Of a stretch of 64,000 nt of DNA, positions 17,265-26,205 are shown in pieces. The notes beneath the pieces are model-generated. The model saw nothing but the letters and a program-made list of their open reading frames with translations, was not told where the DNA came from and did no database searches. Position numbers and translations under genes: made by a program. The stretch is from Elusimicrobia bacterium CG_4_9_14_3_um_filter_62_55. GTDB taxonomy: Bacteria > Elusimicrobiota > Elusimicrobia > UBA1565. Position 1 is the stretch's first letter. Each line of letters opens with the position of its first letter. The DNA lies in contig PFUL01000054.1 of assembly GCA_002790095.1 (NCBI GenBank), positions 9,510 to 73,509 on the forward strand, read 5' to 3'.

Positions 17265-19646
17265 TCACCCCGTCGTCAGCATCCCGGCGCTGACACCGGT
17301 CACCGTCTCCCGAAAAAGTTCGCGCGCGGCCGCGTCATCCTTGCCGGAGGCGAGCAGTTCGATCTGCAGCAGATTCAACGGGTGAATCATCGGCGCGCGC
17401 AAACGGATGCTCTCCCGCAGCCAGTCCCGGTCCTTAAGCAAGCCCCCGCCGGCCGCCTTCGCCAACGCGAGCGCCGACCGGCGCTCGCGATCCAGCTTCT
17501 TTAAGAGGCCGGAAGCCTCCTTCGGCGCCAAGCGCCGCGCGTACTTCTCCCATACCGCAGGGGCGGTTTTTGCCAGAGCGAAACCCAATTGCCTCAGAAA
17601 TCCGCGCAGCAGCGGATCCTCCGTGCGGGCCTTCGCTAAACGCCGCGCGGCGCCGGGCTTCTTCAGTTCCCGCCGCCAGCCGCTCCCGAGCCCGTACCAC
17701 ACCGGAAGCAAAAGCCGGGTCTGGGTCCAGCACAGCACCCAAGGGATCGCGCGCAGGGTCTCCAGTCCGGAAGGCCCGGAACGGCTCCGCTTCGCCGGGC
17801 GAGAGCCGATCGTCAAGGTTCCCAACCGCGTATAGGGCGTCGCGGCCGACACGAGCGCGTAGAGGCCGGGGTCGGCGACTAATTTTTCATACGCGGCGCG
17901 AGCCTCGGCGGCCAACGCCCGCGCGAACGCGCCGACCCGCTTGCGGGAAGGAGGCTTCGCTTGAACCGCGGCGATCTTTTCGACCTGGGATCTCAGGATT
18001 TCTCGCGTCGAGAACAAGCGCTCGACCATCTCGCCTTGAACGGTGATCTTAAGCGTGCCCAGCGCGTCCTTCGGCCAGGTCGCAGCCTGCTCCTCGATGG
18101 TTCCCCCGCCCCGGCCTTCGCTGCCGCCCGCGCCGTGAAAGTAGACGATCGAGACGCCGCGAGCCCGGCTCCAGCGCCCGATCGCCTCCATCGCGTCGCG
18201 GATCGCAAGTCGACTCGGAAAACTTCCCATGCGCTTGGCGGTGTCGGAATAGCCCAGCATCACCTCAAGACGCCGGCCGCGGGCGCGAACAACCCGCCCG
18301 AACGCCCCACGCCGGACGGCGGCATCCAAGATCTTCGGCGCTCGTGGGAGATCGTCGGGCATCTCAAACAACGGCACGGCCGCAACGGCCGGTCCCCCAA
18401 ACACGGTTTCCACCAAAACCGCGGCCTCTTCCAGATCCACGGCGGAACTCGTCATGCTGACGACCATCCCGCGCGCGTACCAGGAAACCTCGCCGCCCCG
18501 CGCCAGCGCTTTCACCGCGCGCAGCATCGCGGCGATCGGCGACGATTTTCCGAACAAACCGCGCTCCTCGCGCAATTCCAGCGGAATCACGAGCCCGGGA
18601 TAAAGGTCCAAAAGATGCTCCAGACGCGTGAACGCCTGATGATCGACGCCGCGAAGGCGTCGGTAGCAAGCCCGAAGCCGGTGCAGCGCCGTCTGAAACC
18701 GGCGGACCCGCGCGCCGTCGCCGGAGAGGACCCGCCTGAGCGCGCGCTTGGCCGCCGAGAACTCCCGCCAACGCGCGTCGAGCACTGGATCGCGGGCCAT
18801 CGCGAGAAAGGAAAATAGATCCCCCTCCAAGCGTTTCGTGATGAACGAAAGGATCCGTTCCCGGGAGGCGCCCAAGGACATGCGCGTTTGCTCGGCCCCG
18901 ACCCCCGGATGCCCGTCCTTGTCGCCGCCCACCCATGACCGAACGCGAACGCGGTGTCCTTCCCGGTACAACGCGAGCATTTCATCGAAAACCTGGTCGC
19001 CGAGCAAAGAATAGATGTAGCGGGCCTCATCGCGCACCGACGGCTTCTCGCCGGGATGGGTCCCCTCGATCCACATTTGCCGAAGCAAGTGGCGCAGCGT
19101 ATTCATACGGGGAGGCTGGCCGAATTCCAGCGCCTCTACCAGAAGCTTTTGCACCCCATGCAGCAGACGCACGTTCGCGGGGGAACGCGCCTCGGTCGGA
19201 TGGGAGGTCAACACGAACACGACGTTCGCTCCGGGGCGCGGGGACGCGGGCCGCAGCGCCGCGGCGCCGGCGTTCCGGCGGCGCGCGCGCAAACGGTGCG
19301 TCCGGTGGGCGTTCTCGCAGGCGTTGACGAGTTCCATGTAGAGGGTGTAGGCGCGGGCGACGCAGGCGCGCCTGGCGGGACTCAGCGCACGCAGCGCGCT
19401 TGCGGCCTCGCGCAAAGAGCGCGCGTCGCCCGCGCGCACGCGCACCATCAGCAGGCGGACGGCCTCGACCGAGGCGAAGACGCGCGGACCTTCCGCGTCG
19501 CGCACGGTATCGCCGAGCACGAGTTGAACCGTCTTCACCAGGGAACGAAGGGAGGGCGACAGACTCGCCACCACAGCAGGGCTACTTTCCGCCGGCCGAC
19601 CTGCGCTTGGAGGCGAGAACCACGCGCCCGCTGCGATCGATGTCAT
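17265..19646 (-). CDS. ppc: phosphoenolpyruvate carboxylase
   Basis: [46 protein letters not shown] and C-terminal ...MLTTG are PEPC signatures. The annotated ATG overlaps mreB by 65 nt. Tandem GTG codons at 19574/19571 give an alignment-consistent start with a 7-nt gap instead. Confidence 0.9.
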   Translation of the reverse strand: MTSIAAGAWFSPPSAGRPAESSPAVVASLSPSLRSLVKTVQLVLGDTVRDAEGPRVFASVEAVRLLMVRVRAGDARSLREAASALRALSPARRACVARAYTLYMELVNACENAHRTHRLRARRRNAGAAALRPASPRPGANVVFVLTSHPTEARSPANVRLLHGVQKLLVEALEFGQPPRMNTLRHLLRQMWIEGTHPGEKPSVRDEARYIYSLLGDQVFDEMLALYREGHRVRVRSWVGGDKDGHPGVGAEQTRMSLGASRERILSFITKRLEGDLFSFLAMARDPVLDARWREFSAAKRALRRVLSGDGARVRRFQTALHRLRACYRRLRGVDHQAFTRLEHLLDLYPGLVIPLELREERGLFGKSSPIAAMLRAVKALARGGEVSWYARGMVVSMTSSAVDLEEAAVLVETVFGGPAVAAVPLFEMPDDLPRAPKILDAAVRRGAFGRVVRARGRRLEVMLGYSDTAKRMGSFPSRLAIRDAMEAIGRWSRARGVSIVYFHGAGGSEGRGGGTIEEQAATWPKDALGTLKITVQGEMVERLFSTREILRSQVEKIAAVQAKPPSRKRVGAFARALAAEARAAYEKLVADPGLYALVSAATPYTRLGTLTIGSRPAKRSRSGPSGLETLRAIPWVLCWTQTRLLLPVWYGLGSGWRRELKKPGAARRLAKARTEDPLLRGFLRQLGFALAKTAPAVWEKYARRLAPKEASGLLKKLDRERRSALALAKAAGGGLLKDRDWLRESIRLRAPMIHPLNLLQIELLASGKDDAAARELFRETVTGVSAGMLTTG

Positions 19647-20640
19647 CGAGGACCTCGAGGTAGCGGCTGGTGCCGACGGCGACGCAGGTCAGAGGATCCT
19701 CGGCGCGCTGCACCGGAAGTTCGGTCTCCTGGCGAATGAGGTCCGGAAGACCACGCAAAAGCGCGCCGCCCCCGGCGACGATGATGCCGCGGTCGACGAG
19801 GTCGGCCGACAACTCAGCCGGAGTCTCTTCGAGCGCGTCCTTGATCATGTCGATGATGATCGTGACGGGCTCTTTGAGGGCTTGGCGGACTTCCTCGGAG
19901 GAAATGATGACGGTCTTGGGGAGTCCGTTGGCCTGATCGCGGCCTTTCACTTCCATCGTCATCTCTTCCTTCAGGGGGAACACCGAACCGATCCGGAGCT
20001 TGATGGTCTCCGAGGTCGCTTCGCCGATGATGATGTTGTGCTTGCGCCGCAGGAACTGCTGAATCGCCTCGTCGAATTCATCGCCGGCGATGCCGATGCA
20101 CTTGGAAACGACCATCCCGCCCAGGGAAATGACGGCGGCCTCGGTGGCGCCGCCGCCGATATCGACGATCATGCTGGCGTTGGGCTCGGAGACCGGGAGT
20201 CCGGCGCCGATCGCGGAGGCCATCGCCTCGTCGATCAAGAACACCTCGCGGGCGCCGGCCTGCTCGGCCGATTCCTGCACCGCCCGGCGTTCGACCTCGG
20301 TGATGCCGGAAGGGACGCTGATGACGATGCGCGGGTGCAGCAGGCTCGAGCGGTGGTGCACCTTGCGGATGAAGTACTTGATCATCTGCTGGGTTACTTC
20401 GAAATCCGCGATGACGCCGTTCTTCAGCGGGCGGACGGTGACGATCGAATCCGGGGTGCGGCCGAGCATCTTCTTGGCTTCGGCGCCGACGGCCAAAACG
20501 CGCTTGCTTTCCTTATCCAACGCGACGACCGAAGGTTCTCGGAGCACGATCCCCTTGTCCTTGACGGACACGAGCGTATTCGCCGTCCCAAGGTCGATGC
20601 CCATGTCGTTGGAGAAGAGGCCGAAAAGAAAATCTAGCAT
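19582..20640 (-). CDS. mreB: rod-shape-determining protein MreB
   Basis: Actin-fold motifs [19 protein letters not shown] and the Hsp70/actin phosphate loops. 352 aa. Confidence 0.9.
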   Translation of the reverse strand: MLDFLFGLFSNDMGIDLGTANTLVSVKDKGIVLREPSVVALDKESKRVLAVGAEAKKMLGRTPDSIVTVRPLKNGVIADFEVTQQMIKYFIRKVHHRSSLLHPRIVISVPSGITEVERRAVQESAEQAGAREVFLIDEAMASAIGAGLPVSEPNASMIVDIGGGATEAAVISLGGMVVSKCIGIAGDEFDEAIQQFLRRKHNIIIGEATSETIKLRIGSVFPLKEEMTMEVKGRDQANGLPKTVIISSEEVRQALKEPVTIIIDMIKDALEETPAELSADLVDRGIIVAGGGALLRGLPDLIRQETELPVQRAEDPLTCVAVGTSRYLEVLDDIDRSGRVVLASKRRSAGGK

Positions 20641-20665
20641 GAGGGGTTTCCTTTATTTGAGTGTA

Positions 20666-21412
20666 TTATTCTGCCAAATTCGAGGCTTTGGGTCCATCCC
20701 CTTCCGCGACCCGGGGAAGGGGCTGGGCCCGTTCCAGTCTCGCCCGGTAGACCCTGCGCAGCTTCTTAAGCCGCTCGTCCGCGGGGGCGTTCGGGTGGCG
20801 CTCGTAGGGACTCGGAAGGGCGGCGGCGAGCTCCACCGCCTCGTCCATCGTCAGTTCGGCGGCGGACTTGCCGAAATACTCATGCGCGGCCGCCTCCGCC
20901 CCGAAGATGCCCTCGCCCCACTCGGCGATGTTCAGGTAGATTTCGAGAATCCGCTCCTTTTCCAGGTTCCGTTCGAGATGCCGCGCGATCAGGATTTCCC
21001 GGATCTTGCGCCCGACGGAGCGAGAAGGGGAAAGGAAGAGGTTCCGCGCAACCTGCTGCGAGATCGTACTCGCCCCGCGGGCCATCTTCCCCCGCTCCCA
21101 GTTGTAGCGCATCGCAGCCTTGAAGGCCGCCCAATCGACTCCGCTGTGGGTGTAGAACCGATCATCTTCGGCGATGAGCACCGCGCGGATCAAATAGGGG
21201 GAGATGTCCTTGAGCGCGACCCAGCGCAGGTTCGTCGTCGGCCTTGTCCCGGTGCGCCGCAGGCGGCGAACATAGATCGCCACATAGCGCGTCGTGACCG
21301 GATTGCGGCTGCGCAGCCCGCTCACGTCCGGCAGCCACGCCAAATACAGCGCCGCGGCCGACCCTGAGGCGGCGAGCAATCCCCCGACGAGGAGAAAGGT
21401 CCTGGCGACCAT
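20666..21412 (-). CDS. mtgA: monofunctional biosynthetic peptidoglycan transglycosylase
   Basis: GT51 motifs AVLIAEDDRFYTHSGVDW and GASTISQQVARNLFL. Start chosen at Met 21412 (MVARTFLLVGGLL TM anchor) rather than ORF start 21631. Confidence 0.85.
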   Translation of the reverse strand: MVARTFLLVGGLLAASGSAAALYLAWLPDVSGLRSRNPVTTRYVAIYVRRLRRTGTRPTTNLRWVALKDISPYLIRAVLIAEDDRFYTHSGVDWAAFKAAMRYNWERGKMARGASTISQQVARNLFLSPSRSVGRKIREILIARHLERNLEKERILEIYLNIAEWGEGIFGAEAAAHEYFGKSAAELTMDEAVELAAALPSPYERHPNAPADERLKKLRRVYRARLERAQPLPRVAEGDGPKASNLAE

Positions 21413-21465
21413 CCCTACAGTATACAAACACCTGAAATAGGACCGGTTCCGTAATATTTTCCTTA

Positions 21466-21494
21466 TTGACAGACGAAAGTCTACGGATAAGCTA
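21466..21494 (+). promoter_or_regulatory. candidate promoter: TTGACA (21466-21471), 16-17 nt spacer, TAAGCT/AAGCTA
   Basis: Perfect -35 hexamer in the mtgA-divergent intergenic. The AGGAGA directly abutting the ATG at 21501 (about 1-nt spacing) suggests a leaderless or very short-leader transcript. Confidence 0.3.
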
Positions 21495-21500
21495 AGGAGA

Positions 21501-24500
21501 ATGGACCCCAGTCTCGGCCCGATCACCGGCGACGTCGACTCCATCGACAATCTCGACACCGCGAAGATGACCCTTCGCTGGGCCCTTGAACGCATCAGCG
21601 GCCTCGAGGAAAAGACCGGGAATCTCTCCAAACTTCTAAAGGAAGCGCGAGAATCCTTGGCGGTCCGCGCGCGCTCCTGCGAAGAACAGGAATTGGCGCT
21701 GCGCGGACGCGAAACCTACTACGCGAAACTGGAAAGCCTGCTCCAGTCCTACTGTTCCGAAAGTCTCGACGTCGATAAACTGCTGCGCCGCGAGGTCGAG
21801 GTGGAGCGCCTCGAAACCGAGCTGCACGAACGCCGCCAGACGCTGGAACGTCAATTCGCGGCCCGCTCGGACGCGCTGGAACGGCGGTTCAAGAAATTGG
21901 AAGCCGAAGTCGACGTACAGGATCGACGGCTGACCGAGAACCTGGAATCGACGCTCCAAGAGCGCATGCGCCGGATGGATCAGACCTACCTGTCGCGGGA
22001 ACTCAAAATCCGCGCGGCTGAACAGGCGCTCGACCGCCGCGAAGAGGCGGTGGGCGAGCGCGAGGACGCGATCGAGAAGCGCTACGAAGCGCGCAAGCAT
22101 CACCTTGAAGTCGATTACGCGCGCCGCGCGGCCGAACTCGAAGAGGAAACCCGCCTGCGGCTGGAACGCTGGGACGGGGAGCACCAGGAATCGCTACGCC
22201 GCGAAGAGCACGCCCACGCGGTGGAGAAAGCGAACATCCTCGCGCGTGTGAAGCGTTGGGAAACGCAGACGCACGAGTGTATCGAACAGATCCGACGGCT
22301 CGAAGAAGACAAGGTCGAGACGCGCGCGCGGCTCTACGATTCCCTCTCTCAAATGGACGACCGGCGGGGGGCCCTCGAAGAAGATTTCCAGGCGCGCCAA
22401 GCGCGCCTCGACTCCGAACGCAAAACGCTGTACGCGATCATCGACGGCCACAAGCGCAAGCTCGAGGAATTGGAAAGCTTCCTTACGCAGAGCTTCCACG
22501 AAAAGACCGCCCTCGCGGATCTCGACGCGGAACGAACCCTTCAAAACAAGGACGCGCTCAAGGCCTATCTGGAGAAGCACAAGCGGCGCTTCGAAGAAGG
22601 CATCCGCGAGGAATACGAGGCCCGTTTGTCGGAACTGCGCTCCCAGGTCGACGAGGCGAACCGCCGCTCCGAACGCGTGTTGGAAGGCGTCGAGCGCTCG
22701 CTCGAAGGGCAGAAGGCGCAAATTGAGAACGCTCTGCGCTCGGAGCATCAGCACGCAACGCATAAGATGAAGGAGGACCGCGACAACCTTCGCCGGAAGG
22801 TCGAAGTCCTGCAGAAAGCGCTTCAGGAAGAGAAGGCGCAGCAGGAAGCCCGGCAGCACCAGCTCCACCTTGAGCGAAAGAACCAGGAATCCGAATACGC
22901 CCGGCGGCGCGAGGACTTAGAGGCTGAATTCGCAGAACTGACGGGCAAGCTCAAGCGTCAGCAAGCCGACCAATTGGAGGCGGAGCGCTCGAACCTGCGG
23001 GGCATGGTCGACGCCGAACACGACTCGCGCGGCAAGCAGTTGGAAGAACGCTACGGCCGCATGTTCGCGGACCTGGAGAACAAGCGCCGCGAATTCGAAA
23101 AGCTCGTCGAACAGCGCTCCGCGGAGCTCGACGCGGCCCAGCGCGACAACGAGGCCGCCGCGCAGCAGCTCGCCAACAAGAGCGCCGATTTGTCCAATCA
23201 ATGGTCTCAGCGCCGCCAGAGACTCGAGGCCGAGATGCGGCAGATGACGGAGGCGCTCGACCGTCAGCACCGGGAACAACTCGAAGCGGAGCGCAGTTCC
23301 CTGCGCCAGATGCTCGAAGCCGAATACGGTCAGAAGAAGGCCGAACTCGAGAAGCAGTTCGAGGAGCAGGACGCCGCGCTGCGGGACTTCGCCGCCAAGC
23401 TCAAGGGGGAACTCGACGCACGAGCGCATGCCCTCGACGCCGAACGCCGGAAGGCGGAGCAGGAGATGGCCGCCGACCGGGAGCAGGCCCGGCAGGAACT
23501 CGAGGAACAGACCCGAGTGCGCCTCGCCCAATTCGAAGACCAGCGCGAGCAGCAGGACCGGGCCCTGCTCGAACACGCGGCCCAACTGCGCGCCGAACAC
23601 AACCAACGGGAGCGTGAACTCGACGCCCTCCGCCAGAAACTCGCGCAGGAAGAAGAAACGATTCAAAAGCGATGGGAGACGCGCCGGGCCGACCTCGAGA
23701 ACGAATTTCGCGCGATGACCGACACGCTTGACCGCCAGCACCGGCAGCAAATCGAGGAGGAAAAGATTTCGACCCGCCAGATGCTCGAAGCGGAGTTCAA
23801 GGGCCGGGAAAGCGCGCTGCGCAAGAATCACGAGGAGCAGGACGCCGCGCTTTCCGCGCACGCGGCCCAACTGCGCGCCGAACACCAGAGGCGCGTCACG
23901 GAATTCGAAGCCGATCGGGAGATGTCCCGGCAGCGGATCGAAGAGGAGACGGGCGCGCTGCGAGCCGCGCTCGAAGCGGAGTTTACCCAGCGCGCCGAAG
24001 TGCTGGAAGCGAAGCTGGCCGGTCACTCGGCCGCGCTGCGCCGGCGCGAGGAAGACATCGAACGCGAGCGCGAAGAGCGCGAGGGCGAGTACCAGAAAAG
24101 CCTGAAGGCTCTCGAAAAGCGGCACTACGACCTTCTCAACGATCTCAAACGCCGCTCCGACGAATTGGAGGCCTCGCACGCCGAGCGTGAGCAGGCTCTC
24201 GCCGCGCAATATCGCGAACTCGAGGAGGGTTTCCGCAAGCGCACCGAACGCTTCGAAGGGCTCTATAAAGAGCGTCTGGATCAACTGCGGGCCCGCGAGG
24301 GCGCATTGGCGGAAGAGCAGGCTCAGCGAGACGCGGCGCTCGCCTCTGAAATCGAGATCGAGCGCCGGCGCGTGCGCGAAGAACTGCAGGCTCGCGCACA
24401 AGCACTGCAGGAAGCCGACGCGGCGCGCCGGGCGGAATTCGAGGCGCGCGAACGCGACATGGAACAGGCGGTGCTCAAGAAGATTTCGGGAGTCGACGCC

Positions 24501-24797
24501 GAGGCCGCCTCTTTACTCGACGAATTTGAAAAGCGCCACAAGCAGAGAATCGACGAACTCGAGCACGCCCACAAGAACGAAACTCTCGATCTCAAGCGCC
24601 GGGTTGCCGACTCCGAAACGCGCGAAAAGGAGCTGCGCCAGTGGGAACTCTCGCTCAAGCGCTACAGAGACCAGCTTGACCGCAGTTGGGCCGAGAAGCA
24701 GCGCCGGCTCGATGACGAACGCACGCGCCTGCGCGACGAGATCGCCGCCGCCGCCCAGGAATTGGACATCGACCCGGAACGCGGGGACGAGAGGTAA
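21501..24797 (+). CDS. giant coiled-coil protein (1098 aa) with tandem ~150-aa internal repeats
   Basis: Extreme E/R/Q/A/L composition and heptad character throughout. Three repeat units are recognisable (FAELTGKLKRQQADQLEAERSNLRGMVDAEH..., MRQMTEALDRQHREQLEAERSSLRQMLEAEY..., FRAMTDTLDRQHRQQIEEEKISTRQMLEAEF...). No NTPase motif. Confidence 0.7.
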   Translation: MDPSLGPITGDVDSIDNLDTAKMTLRWALERISGLEEKTGNLSKLLKEARESLAVRARSCEEQELALRGRETYYAKLESLLQSYCSESLDVDKLLRREVEVERLETELHERRQTLERQFAARSDALERRFKKLEAEVDVQDRRLTENLESTLQERMRRMDQTYLSRELKIRAAEQALDRREEAVGEREDAIEKRYEARKHHLEVDYARRAAELEEETRLRLERWDGEHQESLRREEHAHAVEKANILARVKRWETQTHECIEQIRRLEEDKVETRARLYDSLSQMDDRRGALEEDFQARQARLDSERKTLYAIIDGHKRKLEELESFLTQSFHEKTALADLDAERTLQNKDALKAYLEKHKRRFEEGIREEYEARLSELRSQVDEANRRSERVLEGVERSLEGQKAQIENALRSEHQHATHKMKEDRDNLRRKVEVLQKALQEEKAQQEARQHQLHLERKNQESEYARRREDLEAEFAELTGKLKRQQADQLEAERSNLRGMVDAEHDSRGKQLEERYGRMFADLENKRREFEKLVEQRSAELDAAQRDNEAAAQQLANKSADLSNQWSQRRQRLEAEMRQMTEALDRQHREQLEAERSSLRQMLEAEYGQKKAELEKQFEEQDAALRDFAAKLKGELDARAHALDAERRKAEQEMAADREQARQELEEQTRVRLAQFEDQREQQDRALLEHAAQLRAEHNQRERELDALRQKLAQEEETIQKRWETRRADLENEFRAMTDTLDRQHRQQIEEEKISTRQMLEAEFKGRESALRKNHEEQDAALSAHAAQLRAEHQRRVTEFEADREMSRQRIEEETGALRAALEAEFTQRAEVLEAKLAGHSAALRRREEDIEREREEREGEYQKSLKALEKRHYDLLNDLKRRSDELEASHAEREQALAAQYRELEEGFRKRTERFEGLYKERLDQLRAREGALAEEQAQRDAALASEIEIERRRVREELQARAQALQEADAARRAEFEARERDMEQAVLKKISGVDAEAASLLDEFEKRHKQRIDELEHAHKNETLDLKRRVADSETREKELRQWELSLKRYRDQLDRSWAEKQRRLDDERTRLRDEIAAAAQELDIDPERGDER

Positions 24798-24798
24798 C

Positions 24799-26121
24799 AT
24801 GGCCGGGGAAAAACCGCTTTCATCGTTGGTCCGCCGCATCCTCGACGAGTACGACGCCCGCGTCGGCCGCCTCGACGTGGACCTGCCGAAGGCCCCGTTT
24901 CCCGCAGCGCCGCGGACGGCGCCGCCTCCCCGCGCGAGGCCCCCCGAATCCGAACCGACGCCGCCGATGCGCGCTCCGAACGCCCGCGAGGTCCTTCCGC
25001 CGATTTCCCGCGTCGAACCCGGCCTGACGCCGCTCTCCGCGCCTAAGCCGAAGGTCCCCCCCGCCCCCGCGCCCCTTTTCGATCCGGAGCGCACCGCTCC
25101 GCCGCCTGCCGCTTCGCCCGCTCCGTCGTGGAGCGCCGGACTCGCGCAGACCCTTCAGATCGCTTTAGGCGTGTTTCTCGGCATGACGATGGCGAAATTC
25201 GTGCCGGACCGAATCGCACCGGCCCCCGCGGCGCCGGACGCGAATGGAAACATCGCGAAGGCGACGCCGCAACTTCCGGCGCGCCGCGAATCGCCTCCAG
25301 CAGCGGCCGAACCGGCCCGCGCCCCCGCCCCGGAACGGCGGACGCCGCGGCCCGCGCCGCCTGCGCCCAAGGAAGAACCGAAAGCCGTTGCGAAGACCGC
25401 GCGGACTCCCGCGCCGGAACCAAAGCCGGCGCCGATCTCGGAACCGAAGCCCGAACCGGCGGTCGTCTACGAACCCTCGATGCGCATTCCCTTCCCCGCG
25501 CAATGGCCCCGGGGACTGATTGTGCGCGGCTTTGAGATGATGTCGGTGGACCGCCGCAGCGGCAACATCATCGCGATCGACCCGCAGCGGACTCCGCCGC
25601 GGCGCGAAGTCCCCTTTCCTAACTTCTCCGCGGAAAGCCTCGCGCGCGACGCCTCCGGAGTCTGGAGCGTCGACTCGGCGCTTATGAAAATCCATCTTCA
25701 CGATCCGGAAAGCTTCGCGATTCTCGCCTCGTTTGACGCGCCGGGCGGCCGCCCGAGCGCGCTCGCCGCGGACGCGGACGGATTGTGGAGTGCCGATCGC
25801 GGCTCAGGCCGAATCTACCGGCACACCTTCGACGGGAAGAGGCTTTCGGTGACCGGGACCTATGCGATCGCGCAAGGAAATCCCATCGCGCTGCACCGCG
25901 CAGGGGGAGAGCTCTGGGTCTTCGACGGGACGACGCTCAAGGTCGGGCGTTACCGCATCGTCGGAGACGGACTCGCTCCCGCCGGCGCGGCTGATTTAGG
26001 CGCGCTGTTTCCGGACGCGACGAGCATCCGTTCGGCGACACTGGACGGTCGCTACCTTTGGGTCATGACCGAAAATCCGTCCTTTCTGCATCGCCTCGAC
26101 GCGCGGCGCTTGCAGTACTAG
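24799..26121 (+). CDS. proline-rich transmembrane protein with C-terminal beta-propeller-like domain
   Basis: Start MAGEKPLSS is 1 nt after the coiled-coil gene stop. Long Pro/Ala linker, one TM helix (LAQTLQIALGVFLGMTMAKFV), then repeated hWhxD blades (GVWSVD, GLWSAD, ELWVFD, YLWVMT). The 5' part of track ORF 24187..26121 is an out-of-frame read-through artefact. Confidence 0.6.
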   Translation: MAGEKPLSSLVRRILDEYDARVGRLDVDLPKAPFPAAPRTAPPPRARPPESEPTPPMRAPNAREVLPPISRVEPGLTPLSAPKPKVPPAPAPLFDPERTAPPPAASPAPSWSAGLAQTLQIALGVFLGMTMAKFVPDRIAPAPAAPDANGNIAKATPQLPARRESPPAAAEPARAPAPERRTPRPAPPAPKEEPKAVAKTARTPAPEPKPAPISEPKPEPAVVYEPSMRIPFPAQWPRGLIVRGFEMMSVDRRSGNIIAIDPQRTPPRREVPFPNFSAESLARDASGVWSVDSALMKIHLHDPESFAILASFDAPGGRPSALAADADGLWSADRGSGRIYRHTFDGKRLSVTGTYAIAQGNPIALHRAGGELWVFDGTTLKVGRYRIVGDGLAPAGAADLGALFPDATSIRSATLDGRYLWVMTENPSFLHRLDARRLQY

Positions 26122-26205
26122 CCTCCTGGAATTCTCAAAAACCTGTTCCGGCGCATGTTTCGCGCCGGCGAACGGCGCTATCCTGAACCGGACAGGAGAA
26201 AGAAC

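Noticed and set aside
24187-24798. 5' two-thirds of ORF-track entry 24187..26121 (S/R-rich, low complexity)
   Set aside because: It is an alternative-frame read-through of the 3' end of the coiled-coil gene, typical of high-GC sequence. The real gene begins at ATG 24799 (MAGEKPLSS), 1 nt after the upstream stop.
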